This document shows, one piece after another, positions 54,796 to 63,713 of a stretch of 64,000 bases of DNA. The notes beneath the pieces were generated by a model that made no database searches, was not told where the DNA came from, and saw only the letters and a list, made by a program, of their open reading frames with translations. Made by a program: the position numbers and the translations under genes. Origin of the DNA: Planctomycetaceae bacterium (GTDB lineage Bacteria; Planctomycetota; Planctomycetia; Planctomycetales; Planctomycetaceae); assembly GCA_034439795.1 (NCBI GenBank), contig JAWXBB010000103.1, positions 7,423 through 71,422 of the forward strand. Direction: 5' to 3'. How positions within the stretch are numbered: the stretch's first letter is position 1; each line of letters starts with the position of its first letter.

Positions 54796-56130
54796 TTAAT
54801 GCGCCCCGATCAATTCCGCCGGCTTGATCGTGGATTTCTTACTCTGGATGTACTCTTCGAACTCCGGGCGGAACTTTTTGATCGCGTTCTTGACCGGCCA
54901 CGCCGCGCCGTCGGACAGGCCGCAGATGGTGGTGCCGGGGATGATGCCGATCGAACTCGACACTTCCATCAGCAGGTCCAGGTCGCGGAGTTCCCCCTGT
55001 CCCGAACGGATGCGGTACATGATTTTCTCCATCCACGCCGTGCCTTCCCGGCACGGCGTGCATTGGCCGCAGGACTCGTGCGAGAAGAACCGACAGCAGT
55101 TATACAGCACGTCGACCATGCTGGTGGCGTCGTCGATGACCACGACGGCCGCCGTCCCCAAACCCAGGCAGCCGACTTTGCCGGGGCCGCTGAAGTCCAG
55201 CGGCGTATCGAGTTCGCTCGCCGACAGGAAGCCCATGCTGATGCCGCCGGGCACCACGGCTTTCACCTGCCGGCCGTTGGGCACGCCGCCGCCGTATTCT
55301 TCGATGAGTTGCCGGGCGGTGATGCCGAGCGGCATTTCGTAGCAGCCGGGTTTGTTGACGTGACCGCTGAGACAATACAGCTTCGGCCCGTAGCTGCCGG
55401 CGTCGCGGGGGTTGTTCGGGTCGGCGGGCACGCCCATCGACTTGAACCACGCCGAGCCGCGGTCGAGGATGTGCTTCACGCAGGCCATCGTTTCGATGTT
55501 GTTGACAATCGTCGGCTTGCGGAACAGCCCCTCAATGGCCGGAAACGGCGGCTTGATCCGCGGCCAGGCCCGCTTGCCCTCGAGGCTTTCAATGAGGCCG
55601 GTCTCTTCGCCGCAGATGTACGCCGCCGCCCCGCGGTGCAGGACGATGTCGCACTTGAACCCGGACCCCAGCACGTTGTCGCCAAGAATACCCGCGGCGT
55701 AGCACTCCTTCACCGCATTGTCGAGCGCGCGGTAGCTCTTGCCGTATTCGTAGCGCAGGTAGAGGTAAGACGTGTTCGACTTGATGGCGAAACACGAGAT
55801 GATGATGCCTTCGATGATCTGATGCGGGTCTTCCTCCATCAGAATCCGGTTGTTGAACGTGCCCGGCTCGGACTCGTCGGCATTGATGGCGAGATAAATC
55901 GGCCCCGGATGCCCCTTCGGCAGGAACGTCCATTTGACGCCGGTCGGAAACCCCGCCCCGCCGCGGCCGCGCAGGCCCGAGTCTTTGACGACGTTGATGA
56001 CGTCTTCCGGCGGCATCGCGAGCGCCTTGCGCAGCGCGTCGTAGCCGCCGTCGCGACGGTAGGTCTCAAGCGTCGCGCTGTCCGGCTTGCCGATGCGAGC
56101 GAGCAGCACGGGTTCAAATTTGGGCATCAA
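54796..56130 (-). CDS. nuoF: NADH-quinone oxidoreductase subunit F
   Basis: GLRGRGGAGFPTGVKW (FMN/NADH site). ESCGQCTPCREG (4Fe-4S). Confidence 0.9.
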   Translation of the reverse strand: MMPKFEPVLLARIGKPDSATLETYRRDGGYDALRKALAMPPEDVINVVKDSGLRGRGGAGFPTGVKWTFLPKGHPGPIYLAINADESEPGTFNNRILMEEDPHQIIEGIIISCFAIKSNTSYLYLRYEYGKSYRALDNAVKECYAAGILGDNVLGSGFKCDIVLHRGAAAYICGEETGLIESLEGKRAWPRIKPPFPAIEGLFRKPTIVNNIETMACVKHILDRGSAWFKSMGVPADPNNPRDAGSYGPKLYCLSGHVNKPGCYEMPLGITARQLIEEYGGGVPNGRQVKAVVPGGISMGFLSASELDTPLDFSGPGKVGCLGLGTAAVVVIDDATSMVDVLYNCCRFFSHESCGQCTPCREGTAWMEKIMYRIRSGQGELRDLDLLMEVSSSIGIIPGTTICGLSDGAAWPVKNAIKKFRPEFEEYIQSKKSTIKPAELIGAH

Positions 56131-56166
56131 TGATCACCTAACGAGGCCGAGGATTGGCCTTCAGTT

Positions 56167-56412
56167 TCAATTGGCTGTTGGTGCTTTGCCGCCGCGGAAT
56201 GAAAAATCTTTCGGTTCGATCAGATGCACACCGCCATCGCGCCAAACCGCCATTTTCTGATGACGAAATTCATACCAAGCGCGAGCGGCTTCAATCGACT
56301 CGGCTACCAACTCCGACACCCGGCAGGGATCGGCAGCCAGTTCGACCATCCGCCGCGCGATGTCGTCCGGAGGCGACTCATCGCCGAATTTGTTCCCAAC
56401 GGGACTGATCAT
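56167..56412 (-). CDS. Small hypothetical protein downstream of the zeta-like kinase (candidate partner/antitoxin)
   Basis: 81-aa ORF in a lower-GC insert between nuoE and nuoF. Overlaps the 3' end of the upstream gene by 35 nt (alternative in-frame ATG at 56349). No recognised motif. Confidence 0.35.
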   Translation of the reverse strand: MISPVGNKFGDESPPDDIARRMVELAADPCRVSELVAESIEAARAWYEFRHQKMAVWRDGGVHLIEPKDFSFRGGKAPTAN

Positions 56413-56956
56413 GGATGACGATCTCCTTCAACTTGTTCCCGCTGGCCACGACCTGAAAATCTTCCCCCGAATTGTCGAAAATCTCCCAATGATCGGCCAA
56501 GGGAAGATACAACTCCCACAGATTCTTCACACTGCGCTCGTATCTCCGCCGAATGTCGTCAATCGGAATGTCGTGACCTCCCGAAGCCACTCGCGCCGCC
56601 ACTCGCTGGACTGCCAGATCGGCATTCTGTAACCACACGTAGAAGAGGCAAATCGCATATCCGTCTTCTCGAAGCTCCTTGAACCAGGGGGCAAGCGTTC
56701 GGGCTGCCAATGTCGTTTCAAAAGCGAAGCTCTCTCGTTTGGCGGCCAGCTTCCGCATTTGCTGGAGCATCACCTGACTCGCCTGCCATGCCACACCCTC
56801 TGGACGAAATGCACTGAGGCCACGGGCAATCACATCGGCGTTCAAAAAAGTTTCGATGCCCAATCCATGCCTCAGAAGTCCTTCGCTGAGGGTGGATTTC
56901 CCGGCCCCATTCGGCCCCGCCATAACACCCACACAAGGCTTGCTGGACTTTTCCAT
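56378..56956 (-). CDS. Zeta-toxin-like P-loop kinase / COG4185-type ATPase
   Basis: ORF 56378..56971 (GTG). ATG 56956 is preferred (MEKSSKPCVGVMAGPNGAGKSTLSEGLL, Walker A GPNGAGKST). At approx 190 aa with a downstream acidic FETTL segment, it matches small zeta/AAA_33-like kinases. Lower GC than the flanking nuo genes. Confidence 0.7.
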   Translation of the reverse strand: MEKSSKPCVGVMAGPNGAGKSTLSEGLLRHGLGIETFLNADVIARGLSAFRPEGVAWQASQVMLQQMRKLAAKRESFAFETTLAARTLAPWFKELREDGYAICLFYVWLQNADLAVQRVAARVASGGHDIPIDDIRRRYERSVKNLWELYLPLADHWEIFDNSGEDFQVVASGNKLKEIVIHDQSRWEQIRR

Positions 56957-56977
56957 CCCTGCCGACTCCACCCGATA

Positions 56978-57451
56978 TCACATCTTTCCAATCAATTCTT
57001 CCGCCTTCTCCGGCGAAATGTTCATCTCACAGTTATCATCAATCAACATGCACGGTGCCCCCTCGCACGCCCCCAGGCACTCGGCGAACTCCAGCGTCAC
57101 TTTGCCGTCCTCAGTCGTTTCGCCCGGTTTCAGGTGGTACTTCTCGCAGAGGTGTGCCAGCAGTTCTTCGCCGCCGCGGAGGGCGCAGCTGATGCTGCGG
57201 CAGACCCAGACGCGGTGCTTGCCGAGCGGGTGCTGCTCGTCGCGGAAGAAGCCGTAGAACGACATCGTGTCGTGGACTTCCGCCGGGTGCAGTTCCAGCA
57301 TGGAGGCGATCTCCTTGATCGCCTCCAGCGAGACGTAACGGAACTCGTCCTGCACCATGTGCAAAGCGGGCAACGTCACCGCCTGCTTGGTCGGATACTT
57401 GGTACACAAGTGCCGAATCTGCTCGCGCATCGGCTCGGTCAACGCGGACAT
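56978..57451 (-). CDS. nuoE: NADH-quinone oxidoreductase subunit E (2Fe-2S)
   Basis: CRSISCALRG ... CLGACEGAPCMLI cysteine pattern. 157 aa. Confidence 0.9.
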   Translation of the reverse strand: MSALTEPMREQIRHLCTKYPTKQAVTLPALHMVQDEFRYVSLEAIKEIASMLELHPAEVHDTMSFYGFFRDEQHPLGKHRVWVCRSISCALRGGEELLAHLCEKYHLKPGETTEDGKVTLEFAECLGACEGAPCMLIDDNCEMNISPEKAEELIGKM

Positions 57452-57472
57452 CGGGAAACCTTTGAAGCGGTC

Positions 57473-58705
57473 CTAGCGATCCAATTCGGCGGCGATGATG
57501 TTCAGGCTGCCCAGCACGGCCACGATATCGCTCAGTTGGTGGTCTTTGATCAGTTGCGGGAAAATCGCAAAGTGGATGTACGACGGCGGGCGGCAGCGGG
57601 CGCGGTAGGCGCGAGTGGTGCCGTCGCCGACGATGTAAAACCCGAGTTCGCCGTTGGGCGATTCCGTCGCCGCATAGATTTCTTCGTGAGGGGTGTCGTA
57701 GCCCCGGTTGGGCATGATGACTTCGAAGTGCTGAATCAGCCCTTCGATGCTGCGGTACACGGCCGGCTTGGCGGGAATGACGACTCCGCTGGCGGAATCG
57801 ACGTTCGCCGGGCCGGACGGAATGTTTTCGATCGCCTGCTCGATGAGTTTCAGGCTCTCGAGCAGCTCTTCCATGCGGACGAGGTAGCGGGCGTAGCAGT
57901 CGCCTCCCTTGGAAGCGACGACCTTGAAGTCCAGTTCCGGATACGCGAGGTACGGTTCGTCTTTCCGCAGATCGCGCAGCACGCCGCTCGCGCGGGCCAA
58001 TGGGCCGGTGACGCCCATGTTGGTGGCGTCTTCGGCGCTCAGGTAGCCCACGCCCTGCACGCGCTCGATGAAGATGCGGTTGCGCGTCAGCAGCTTGTGG
58101 ACTTCGTCATGGACCTGCCGGAAGCCCTTGCAGTAATCGCGGACCTTGTCGACCCAAGCGTTGTTGATGTCGAACAGCACACCGCCGACGCGCGTGTAAC
58201 TGGTGTGAAACCGCTGCCCGGATAAGAGCTCGACGATGTCGTAGATCTTCTCGCGCTGATAGAAACAGTACAGAAACGCCGTGAAGCCACCGAGGTCGAG
58301 TGCGCACGTCCCCACATTGAGCAGGTGGTCGTGCATCCGCATCAGTTCTGCGCAGATCGTGCGGATGTACTTGCCGCGGGGGGTGAGTTCGATGCCGAGC
58401 AGCTTCTCGACGGCGTGATGCCAGGCGATTTCATTCGCGAGCGGCGAGAGATAGTTCATCCGGTCGGCGATGGTGACGTACTGGTTAAAGTCCAGGTGTT
58501 CGCCGAGCTTCTCGAAGCCGCTGTGCAGGTACCCGATGTGCGGAACGGCGTTGACGACCCGCTCGCCGTCGAGCGTCAAAATCAGCCGCAGCGTGGTGTG
58601 CGTCGCGGGGTGCTGCGGGCCGAAGTTGAGCGTCCAGAGATACTCCTTCTCCGGGGCATCGAGTTCGGCGTGATCGGAGACTTGAAACGGCATGGCGAAT
58701 GACAA
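57473..58705 (-). CDS. nuoD: NADH-quinone oxidoreductase subunit D
   Basis: 410-aa ORF. NFGPQHPATHTTLRL near the N-terminus and a C-terminal ...LGSLNIIAAELDR typical of the 49-kDa subunit. Confidence 0.9.
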   Translation of the reverse strand: MSFAMPFQVSDHAELDAPEKEYLWTLNFGPQHPATHTTLRLILTLDGERVVNAVPHIGYLHSGFEKLGEHLDFNQYVTIADRMNYLSPLANEIAWHHAVEKLLGIELTPRGKYIRTICAELMRMHDHLLNVGTCALDLGGFTAFLYCFYQREKIYDIVELLSGQRFHTSYTRVGGVLFDINNAWVDKVRDYCKGFRQVHDEVHKLLTRNRIFIERVQGVGYLSAEDATNMGVTGPLARASGVLRDLRKDEPYLAYPELDFKVVASKGGDCYARYLVRMEELLESLKLIEQAIENIPSGPANVDSASGVVIPAKPAVYRSIEGLIQHFEVIMPNRGYDTPHEEIYAATESPNGELGFYIVGDGTTRAYRARCRPPSYIHFAIFPQLIKDHQLSDIVAVLGSLNIIAAELDR

Positions 58706-58745
58706 TCTTGACGTAAGACCGCGATGTTAAAGTCCGGAGCGGAAT

Positions 58746-59321
58746 TCAGAGCGCCGCATCCTTTTGCGGAAAGAACTCCGCGACGCGCATCTGGAATCCG
58801 GGAAGCACGTCTTCGCCCGACAACTGTGATTCCTCTCCGAAATGATCTTCGCTGCCGTCGAGTCGATGGACCGTCACCGAACGACTCCTGGGGCTGGCCA
58901 CCCAGATCAACCGCACGCCCGCCGAACGATACTCCTGAACCTTCGCTTCCACATCGTAGAACAAGTCGTTGGGCGAAATCACTTCGACGACCAGGTCGGG
59001 AGAAATGAGGCAATGCCCCTCGGCAAACTGCTCCCGCGACAGGCGTCCCCTGGCGATAAAGCTCACATCCGGCCGACGCACTTTATCCGGCGCGTCCGGA
59101 TAGCAGCGATAGGTGGCCTCGCTCGTGAAAACGTGTCCCAAGCCATGTTGATTGACATACGCAATCAAGTAGTGAATGAATTGACCGGCGACGCAGCAGG
59201 CTTCCAGGCTCATGTTGGTCTCCACCAATTGTCCATCCACGAGTTCGTAGAAACGACGATCGGGGAGTTTTAGAAACTCCTCGGGAGTCATCAGGCTGGG
59301 TACATCAATGACGGTGGCCAT
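58746..59321 (-). CDS. Uma2-family (DUF820) PD-(D/E)xK nuclease-like protein inserted in the nuo operon
   Basis: 191-aa ORF. N-terminal MTPEEFLKLPDRRFYELVDGQLVE and the core RRPDVSFI ... SPDLVVEVISPND match the Uma2 pattern. The ATG lies 3 nt after the nuoC stop. Confidence 0.8.
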   Translation of the reverse strand: MATVIDVPSLMTPEEFLKLPDRRFYELVDGQLVETNMSLEACCVAGQFIHYLIAYVNQHGLGHVFTSEATYRCYPDAPDKVRRPDVSFIARGRLSREQFAEGHCLISPDLVVEVISPNDLFYDVEAKVQEYRSAGVRLIWVASPRSRSVTVHRLDGSEDHFGEESQLSGEDVLPGFQMRVAEFFPQKDAAL

Positions 59322-59324
59322 GCC

Positions 59325-59819
59325 TCAGCTTTCCGCGCGGGTGATGACGGGGAAGTTGTGCCGTTCGCCGCGGCCTTTCAGCGGGTAGTCCTTCCGCAAG
59401 GGGAAGGCGGTGAACTCGTCCGGCATGAGAATCCGCCGCAGGTCGGGATGTCCGGTGAAGCTGATGCCGAACATGTCGTAGACTTCGCGTTCCAGCCAGT
59501 CGGCGGCTTTCCACAGCGGAACCATCGACGGCAAAGCAGGGTCGGGGTCGTCCACGAACGTCTTCACGATCACCCGTTCGCCGGTCGAGTTATTCACCAG
59601 GATGTAGATGACGCCAAAGCGCTGTTTGGCCCCCTCATATTCGAGGTAATCGACCGCGGTGATCTCGGCGAGCAGGTCGAAGCCCCCCTCCGCCTTCAGG
59701 CAGGAGAGCACGCCGACCAGATGATCGTTGGGGACGACCACGCGGTGATTGTCGCGGAACTGGCTGAACACCAGTTCGACGCTGGGGAAGCGGCTGTTGA
59801 GCAGTTCCTGATGAATCAT
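59325..59819 (-). CDS. nuoC: NADH-quinone oxidoreductase subunit C
   Basis: 164-aa 30-kDa subunit. LAEITAVDYLEY ... WLEREVYDMFGISFTGHPDLRRIL. Confidence 0.9.
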   Translation of the reverse strand: MIHQELLNSRFPSVELVFSQFRDNHRVVVPNDHLVGVLSCLKAEGGFDLLAEITAVDYLEYEGAKQRFGVIYILVNNSTGERVIVKTFVDDPDPALPSMVPLWKAADWLEREVYDMFGISFTGHPDLRRILMPDEFTAFPLRKDYPLKGRGERHNFPVITRAES

Positions 59820-59885
59820 GACCCCGTTTCACCGATTATTGAGTCACTGATAAACTTCACTCGCGGACTCATTCCGTTCTCACAC

Positions 59886-60482
59886 TCAATTCAGCACGGA
59901 AAACTGCTCGTTGCCTTCGCGGATGCGGACCAGCTCGTCGCGCTCGAACGGCGTCGGCCCCATAGCTGCCGTCCGCTTCGCGAACTCGGTGCCGTACAGC
60001 GTGCCCGTCTTCTGCACCAGCTTCTGCAGTTCGATGATGCCCGCCAGCAACTGCTCCGGCCGCGGCGGACAGCCGGGCACGTACAAATCCACGGGAATGA
60101 AGCGGTCGACCCCCTGCACCACGGCGTAGGTGTCGAACACGCCCCCCGTACAAGCGCAGGCGCCCATCGAGATGCACCACTTCGGCTCGGGCATCTGCAG
60201 CCAGATCCGCTGCAACACCGGCAGCATCTTCATCGCCACACGGCCGGCGACGATCAGCAGGTCGCACTGCCGCGGGCTGAACCGCATGACTTCGGCCCCG
60301 AACCGGGCGAGATCGAACCGGGACGACGCCGTTGCCATCAGCTCGATGCCGCAGCACGCCGTCGCGAACGGCATCGGCCACAGGCTGTTAGACCGGGCCC
60401 AACTGGCGGCGGCGTCCAGCGTGGTCATGAAGACGTTGTCGGGCATGTCTTTCACCGCCATCGGAAGACCCCTTTCCGCCAT
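59886..60482 (-). CDS. nuoB: NADH-quinone oxidoreductase subunit B
   Basis: ORF 59886..60893 trimmed. In-frame ATGs at 60482 and 60461 both overlap the nuoA 3' end. SLWPMPFATACCGIELMA, SMGACACTGG and PGCPPRPE are the N2-cluster cysteines. Confidence 0.85.
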   Translation of the reverse strand: MAERGLPMAVKDMPDNVFMTTLDAAASWARSNSLWPMPFATACCGIELMATASSRFDLARFGAEVMRFSPRQCDLLIVAGRVAMKMLPVLQRIWLQMPEPKWCISMGACACTGGVFDTYAVVQGVDRFIPVDLYVPGCPPRPEQLLAGIIELQKLVQKTGTLYGTEFAKRTAAMGPTPFERDELVRIREGNEQFSVLN

Positions 60483-60829
60483 GCATAGACGTAGGCGATG
60501 GCGAGCGTTGTCATGAAGGCCAGCATCACTCCGAAAACCGTCGGCCGGAGTTCGATCGGAACCCCGCCTTCTCCGACATAAGCAGTGACTGCCCAAGGAT
60601 ATAGGAACAAGAGTTCCACATCGAACACGAGGAACAGGATCGCTACCAGATAAAATTTCACGTCGAACGGCTGACGGGCGTCGCCGATGGGGTCCATGCC
60701 CGATTCGTAGGGCATCTGCTTGACGGGCGTCTTGTTGTTCGGCCCGATGATGTGCGTGAGGATGAGGTTGGTGGCCGCAAAGCCCACCAGCACCACCGCA
60801 TACAGCAGGATTGCGTGATACGCGTCCAT
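60452..60829 (-). CDS. nuoA: NADH-quinone oxidoreductase subunit A
   Basis: ORF 60452..60964 trimmed to ATG 60829 (MDAYHAILLYAVVLVGFAA). YESGMDPIGDARQPFDVKFYLVAILFLVFDVELLFLYPWAV is the NuoA/ND3 signature. Confidence 0.85.
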   Translation of the reverse strand: MDAYHAILLYAVVLVGFAATNLILTHIIGPNNKTPVKQMPYESGMDPIGDARQPFDVKFYLVAILFLVFDVELLFLYPWAVTAYVGEGGVPIELRPTVFGVMLAFMTTLAIAYVYAWRKGVFRWR

Positions 60830-61267
60830 CGTCCTCGATTCCGGAGCTACGGCCGACCTTCCAGCCGACCACGCCACTGGTCGCAAACAACAAGAGGATA
60901 ACGGCTTACGAGGGGGATGTCGAGGCGGGGCCAACCCACTGGGGAGGTCTGCGAACGGCGACAAACCGTGCGGTCTGCGGGGAGGATTCTAGACCGGCCG
61001 AGAACGGAGTTCAACGCACGCCGCAGGAACTGGCTGGGTTTCTCGTGAGGTTCGACGAAGAACGGTCGCGGACGACGCGGATGTGGCGCCACCGGTTCAG
61101 CCGCTACGCCGCCGCCGATTCGCGGCTCATCGTCGCATCAGCCGATTGCGGAACGGTCAGACAAGGGTCAAAATACGGGCCGGTCGCCGGAATCGCTCGA
61201 ACACCTGGCTCCAGGTTGTGGTATTTCTTTAGAGAGCGGTGAAGCAGAGCCTCCGAGGATTGCGCTC

Positions 61268-63202
61268 ATGTCGCGTTGGTGGACTGAAACGGGGCGACGA
61301 GTCGTTGTCCTGCTCGTCATGGCGGCGGTGATGGGGCTGGGCGGACTGGCCGAGGGGCAGCAGCGGAAGAAGTCCGCGGGGAAGAAGAAGCCGCCGGAAC
61401 CGCCGATCCCCGTCCCCACGCGAAAAGTCGTGATCGACAAGGTCGATCCGAACGCCAAGTCGCAGGTGCTCGCCTCGGCGAAGATGGTCGACAAGTACGT
61501 CGCGGCTAATTACGCCAAGTACAAGGTGAAGCCGAACGCCGAGACCAGCGACGAACAGTTCCTGCGCCGTGTCTATCTGGACGTGACCGGGGGCATTCCG
61601 ACGTACAAGCAGGCCCGGGCGTTCCTCAACAACCGCGATGTCGAGAAGCGGACCAAACTGATCGACACGCTGCTGAACTCCCCCGAAGCCGCCGGACACC
61701 TCTACAACTACTGGGCCGATATTCTGCGGCTCAAAGACCGCGAGGTCACCAACAACGCCCTCGGACGGCCGTACAACGAGTGGACCAAGGTCGCCCTGGA
61801 GACCAACCAGCCCTACGACCAGTGGGTCTACGAGATGATCACCGCCGAGGGCAAATACCTCGACAACCCGGCGACCGGTTACCTGCTGCGCGATTCGGGC
61901 ATGCCGCTCGACGCGATGAACAACACCGTCCGCATCTTCCTCGGCACGCAGATTGGCTGTGCCCAGTGTCACGACCATCCGTTCGACAAATGGAAACGGA
62001 AGGAGTTCTACGAAGTCGCCGCGTACACCTTCGGCACGGCCTACCGTCGCGGGGCTGGCGACAAAATGTTCGGCGGCGGCAACGTCGTCAACAAGATGCG
62101 CGAGGAACTCAAAAAGGTCGACGACAAGTTCGACGGCGGCGGCAAGTACAACCGTTTCCTGCAGGGCAATCTCATCGAGGTCTACGACAACAACGCCAAG
62201 CTGACGTTGCCGCACGATTATCAATACGACGACGCCAAGCCCAAGACGCCGGTTGCTCCCAAGACGATCTTCGATCCGCAGCCGCAACTGTCGAAGGGGG
62301 ATTCCCCGCGGATCGTGTTCGCGAAATGGCTCACGTCGCCGGAGAATCCGCGGTTCGCCAAGACGATCGCCAACCGGATGTGGAAGCACGTGTTCGGCGT
62401 CGGGCAGATCGAGCCGGTCGACGACATGCACGACGACACCGTCGCCGAGAACCCGGAGCTGATGGCTTTCCTCACGAAGGAAATGGTCCGGCTGAAGTTC
62501 GACGTGAAGGAGTACCTGCGGATTCTGCTCAACACGCAGGCCTACCAGCGGGAAGCCAGCGAGGCCCAGCTCGCCGGCGGGGCCGAGTACCACTTCCCCG
62601 GCCCAATTCTGCGGCGGATGACGGCCGAACAGGCGTGGGACTCGTTCATCACGCTGGCGGTCTTCAGCGATTACCAGGCCGAGCCGGCCCACGTGCAGGC
62701 GGAAGTGCTCAACGTCGATCTGGCGAAGGCGTCGGCCGAGCAGATCTACAAGCGCGATCAAGAACTCCGCGAACTCACCAACGGCAAACACAAGGACGCC
62801 CGCGACAAGAACTTCACCTACCAGGGGCAGCTTTTGGCCCGCGCGTCGGAGTTGCCCTGTCCGATGCCCGCGAACCACTTCCTGCGGCAGTTCGGCCAGT
62901 CGGATCGCGAGTCGATCGAGGCGTCCTCGCGCGACGGCTCGGTCCCACAGGTGCTGCAGATGTTCAACGGACCGATCACTCACATGATCCTGCACCCGAA
63001 GTCGCTGATGTTCGATACCGTGCTGGAGGACGCCAAGCCGGAAGAGCGCGTGACCACGATCTTCCTCACGATTCTGTCGCGCCGCCCGACCGCCGAGGAG
63101 CGGGCGATGGCGCTCGCCGAGATCAAGGACAACGGCCCCGCCGGCTACGGCAACGTCATCTGGGCCCTCGTCAACACCCGCGAATTCCTGTTCGTGCAAT
63201 AG
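61268..63202 (+). CDS. DUF1549/DUF1553 domain protein (planctomycete PSD1-type)
   Basis: 644-aa ORF with signal/anchor (VVVLLVMAAVMGLGGLAEG). GCAQCHDHPFDKW motif. C-terminal DUF1553-like region ending NTREFLFVQ. Confidence 0.85.
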   Translation: MSRWWTETGRRVVVLLVMAAVMGLGGLAEGQQRKKSAGKKKPPEPPIPVPTRKVVIDKVDPNAKSQVLASAKMVDKYVAANYAKYKVKPNAETSDEQFLRRVYLDVTGGIPTYKQARAFLNNRDVEKRTKLIDTLLNSPEAAGHLYNYWADILRLKDREVTNNALGRPYNEWTKVALETNQPYDQWVYEMITAEGKYLDNPATGYLLRDSGMPLDAMNNTVRIFLGTQIGCAQCHDHPFDKWKRKEFYEVAAYTFGTAYRRGAGDKMFGGGNVVNKMREELKKVDDKFDGGGKYNRFLQGNLIEVYDNNAKLTLPHDYQYDDAKPKTPVAPKTIFDPQPQLSKGDSPRIVFAKWLTSPENPRFAKTIANRMWKHVFGVGQIEPVDDMHDDTVAENPELMAFLTKEMVRLKFDVKEYLRILLNTQAYQREASEAQLAGGAEYHFPGPILRRMTAEQAWDSFITLAVFSDYQAEPAHVQAEVLNVDLAKASAEQIYKRDQELRELTNGKHKDARDKNFTYQGQLLARASELPCPMPANHFLRQFGQSDRESIEASSRDGSVPQVLQMFNGPITHMILHPKSLMFDTVLEDAKPEERVTTIFLTILSRRPTAEERAMALAEIKDNGPAGYGNVIWALVNTREFLFVQ

Positions 63203-63290
63203 CGTCGTCGAGTGGGCCGAACCCACTCGACGACAATGGATGCGCCCCAGCTGGACCGGATCGATTTTCAATCAACGCAGTCGAGGCGGC

Positions 63291-63659
63291 ATGAGTCCGA
63301 TTTCGCCAAACAATGCTGAGGGGGATCGCAGTCAACGGTACCTCAAGATTCTCGTGGGAATCGGTTTGGCGCAGCTCGCCATCTCCGTCGCTGTGATTTC
63401 CTCCGGACTGTATGCAGTGTCGCGGGTGTCGGCTGCGGTCGAACAGTTGGAGCAGCGTTTCCAGAGGAATGCGGATGCCGGCGGACCGCTGGGAAGGGCG
63501 GCCGTGGAAAAGGGACAAGGAATCATCGACAAGATGGGCACCGAGGAACTCAGCGACGCGGCGACACAAGGGGACAAAGAAAACAGCAGCGCCGTCAAGC
63601 GAAAGGTGCTGGATCTCATCAAGTCGCAGGGGAAGCAGCCGGTTGAGCCTGCACCGTAA
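63291..63659 (+). CDS. Small membrane-anchored hypothetical protein
   Basis: ORF 63240..63659. ATG 63291 is preceded by GAGG. One TM helix (ILVGIGLAQLAISVAVISSGLYAV) is followed by a helical soluble part. Confidence 0.4.
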   Translation: MSPISPNNAEGDRSQRYLKILVGIGLAQLAISVAVISSGLYAVSRVSAAVEQLEQRFQRNADAGGPLGRAAVEKGQGIIDKMGTEELSDAATQGDKENSSAVKRKVLDLIKSQGKQPVEPAP

Positions 63660-63713
63660 TCACCGTGCGACCAAGCACGACCTCCAGACATTCGCTCAAG
63701 GATCGTAGTCACC

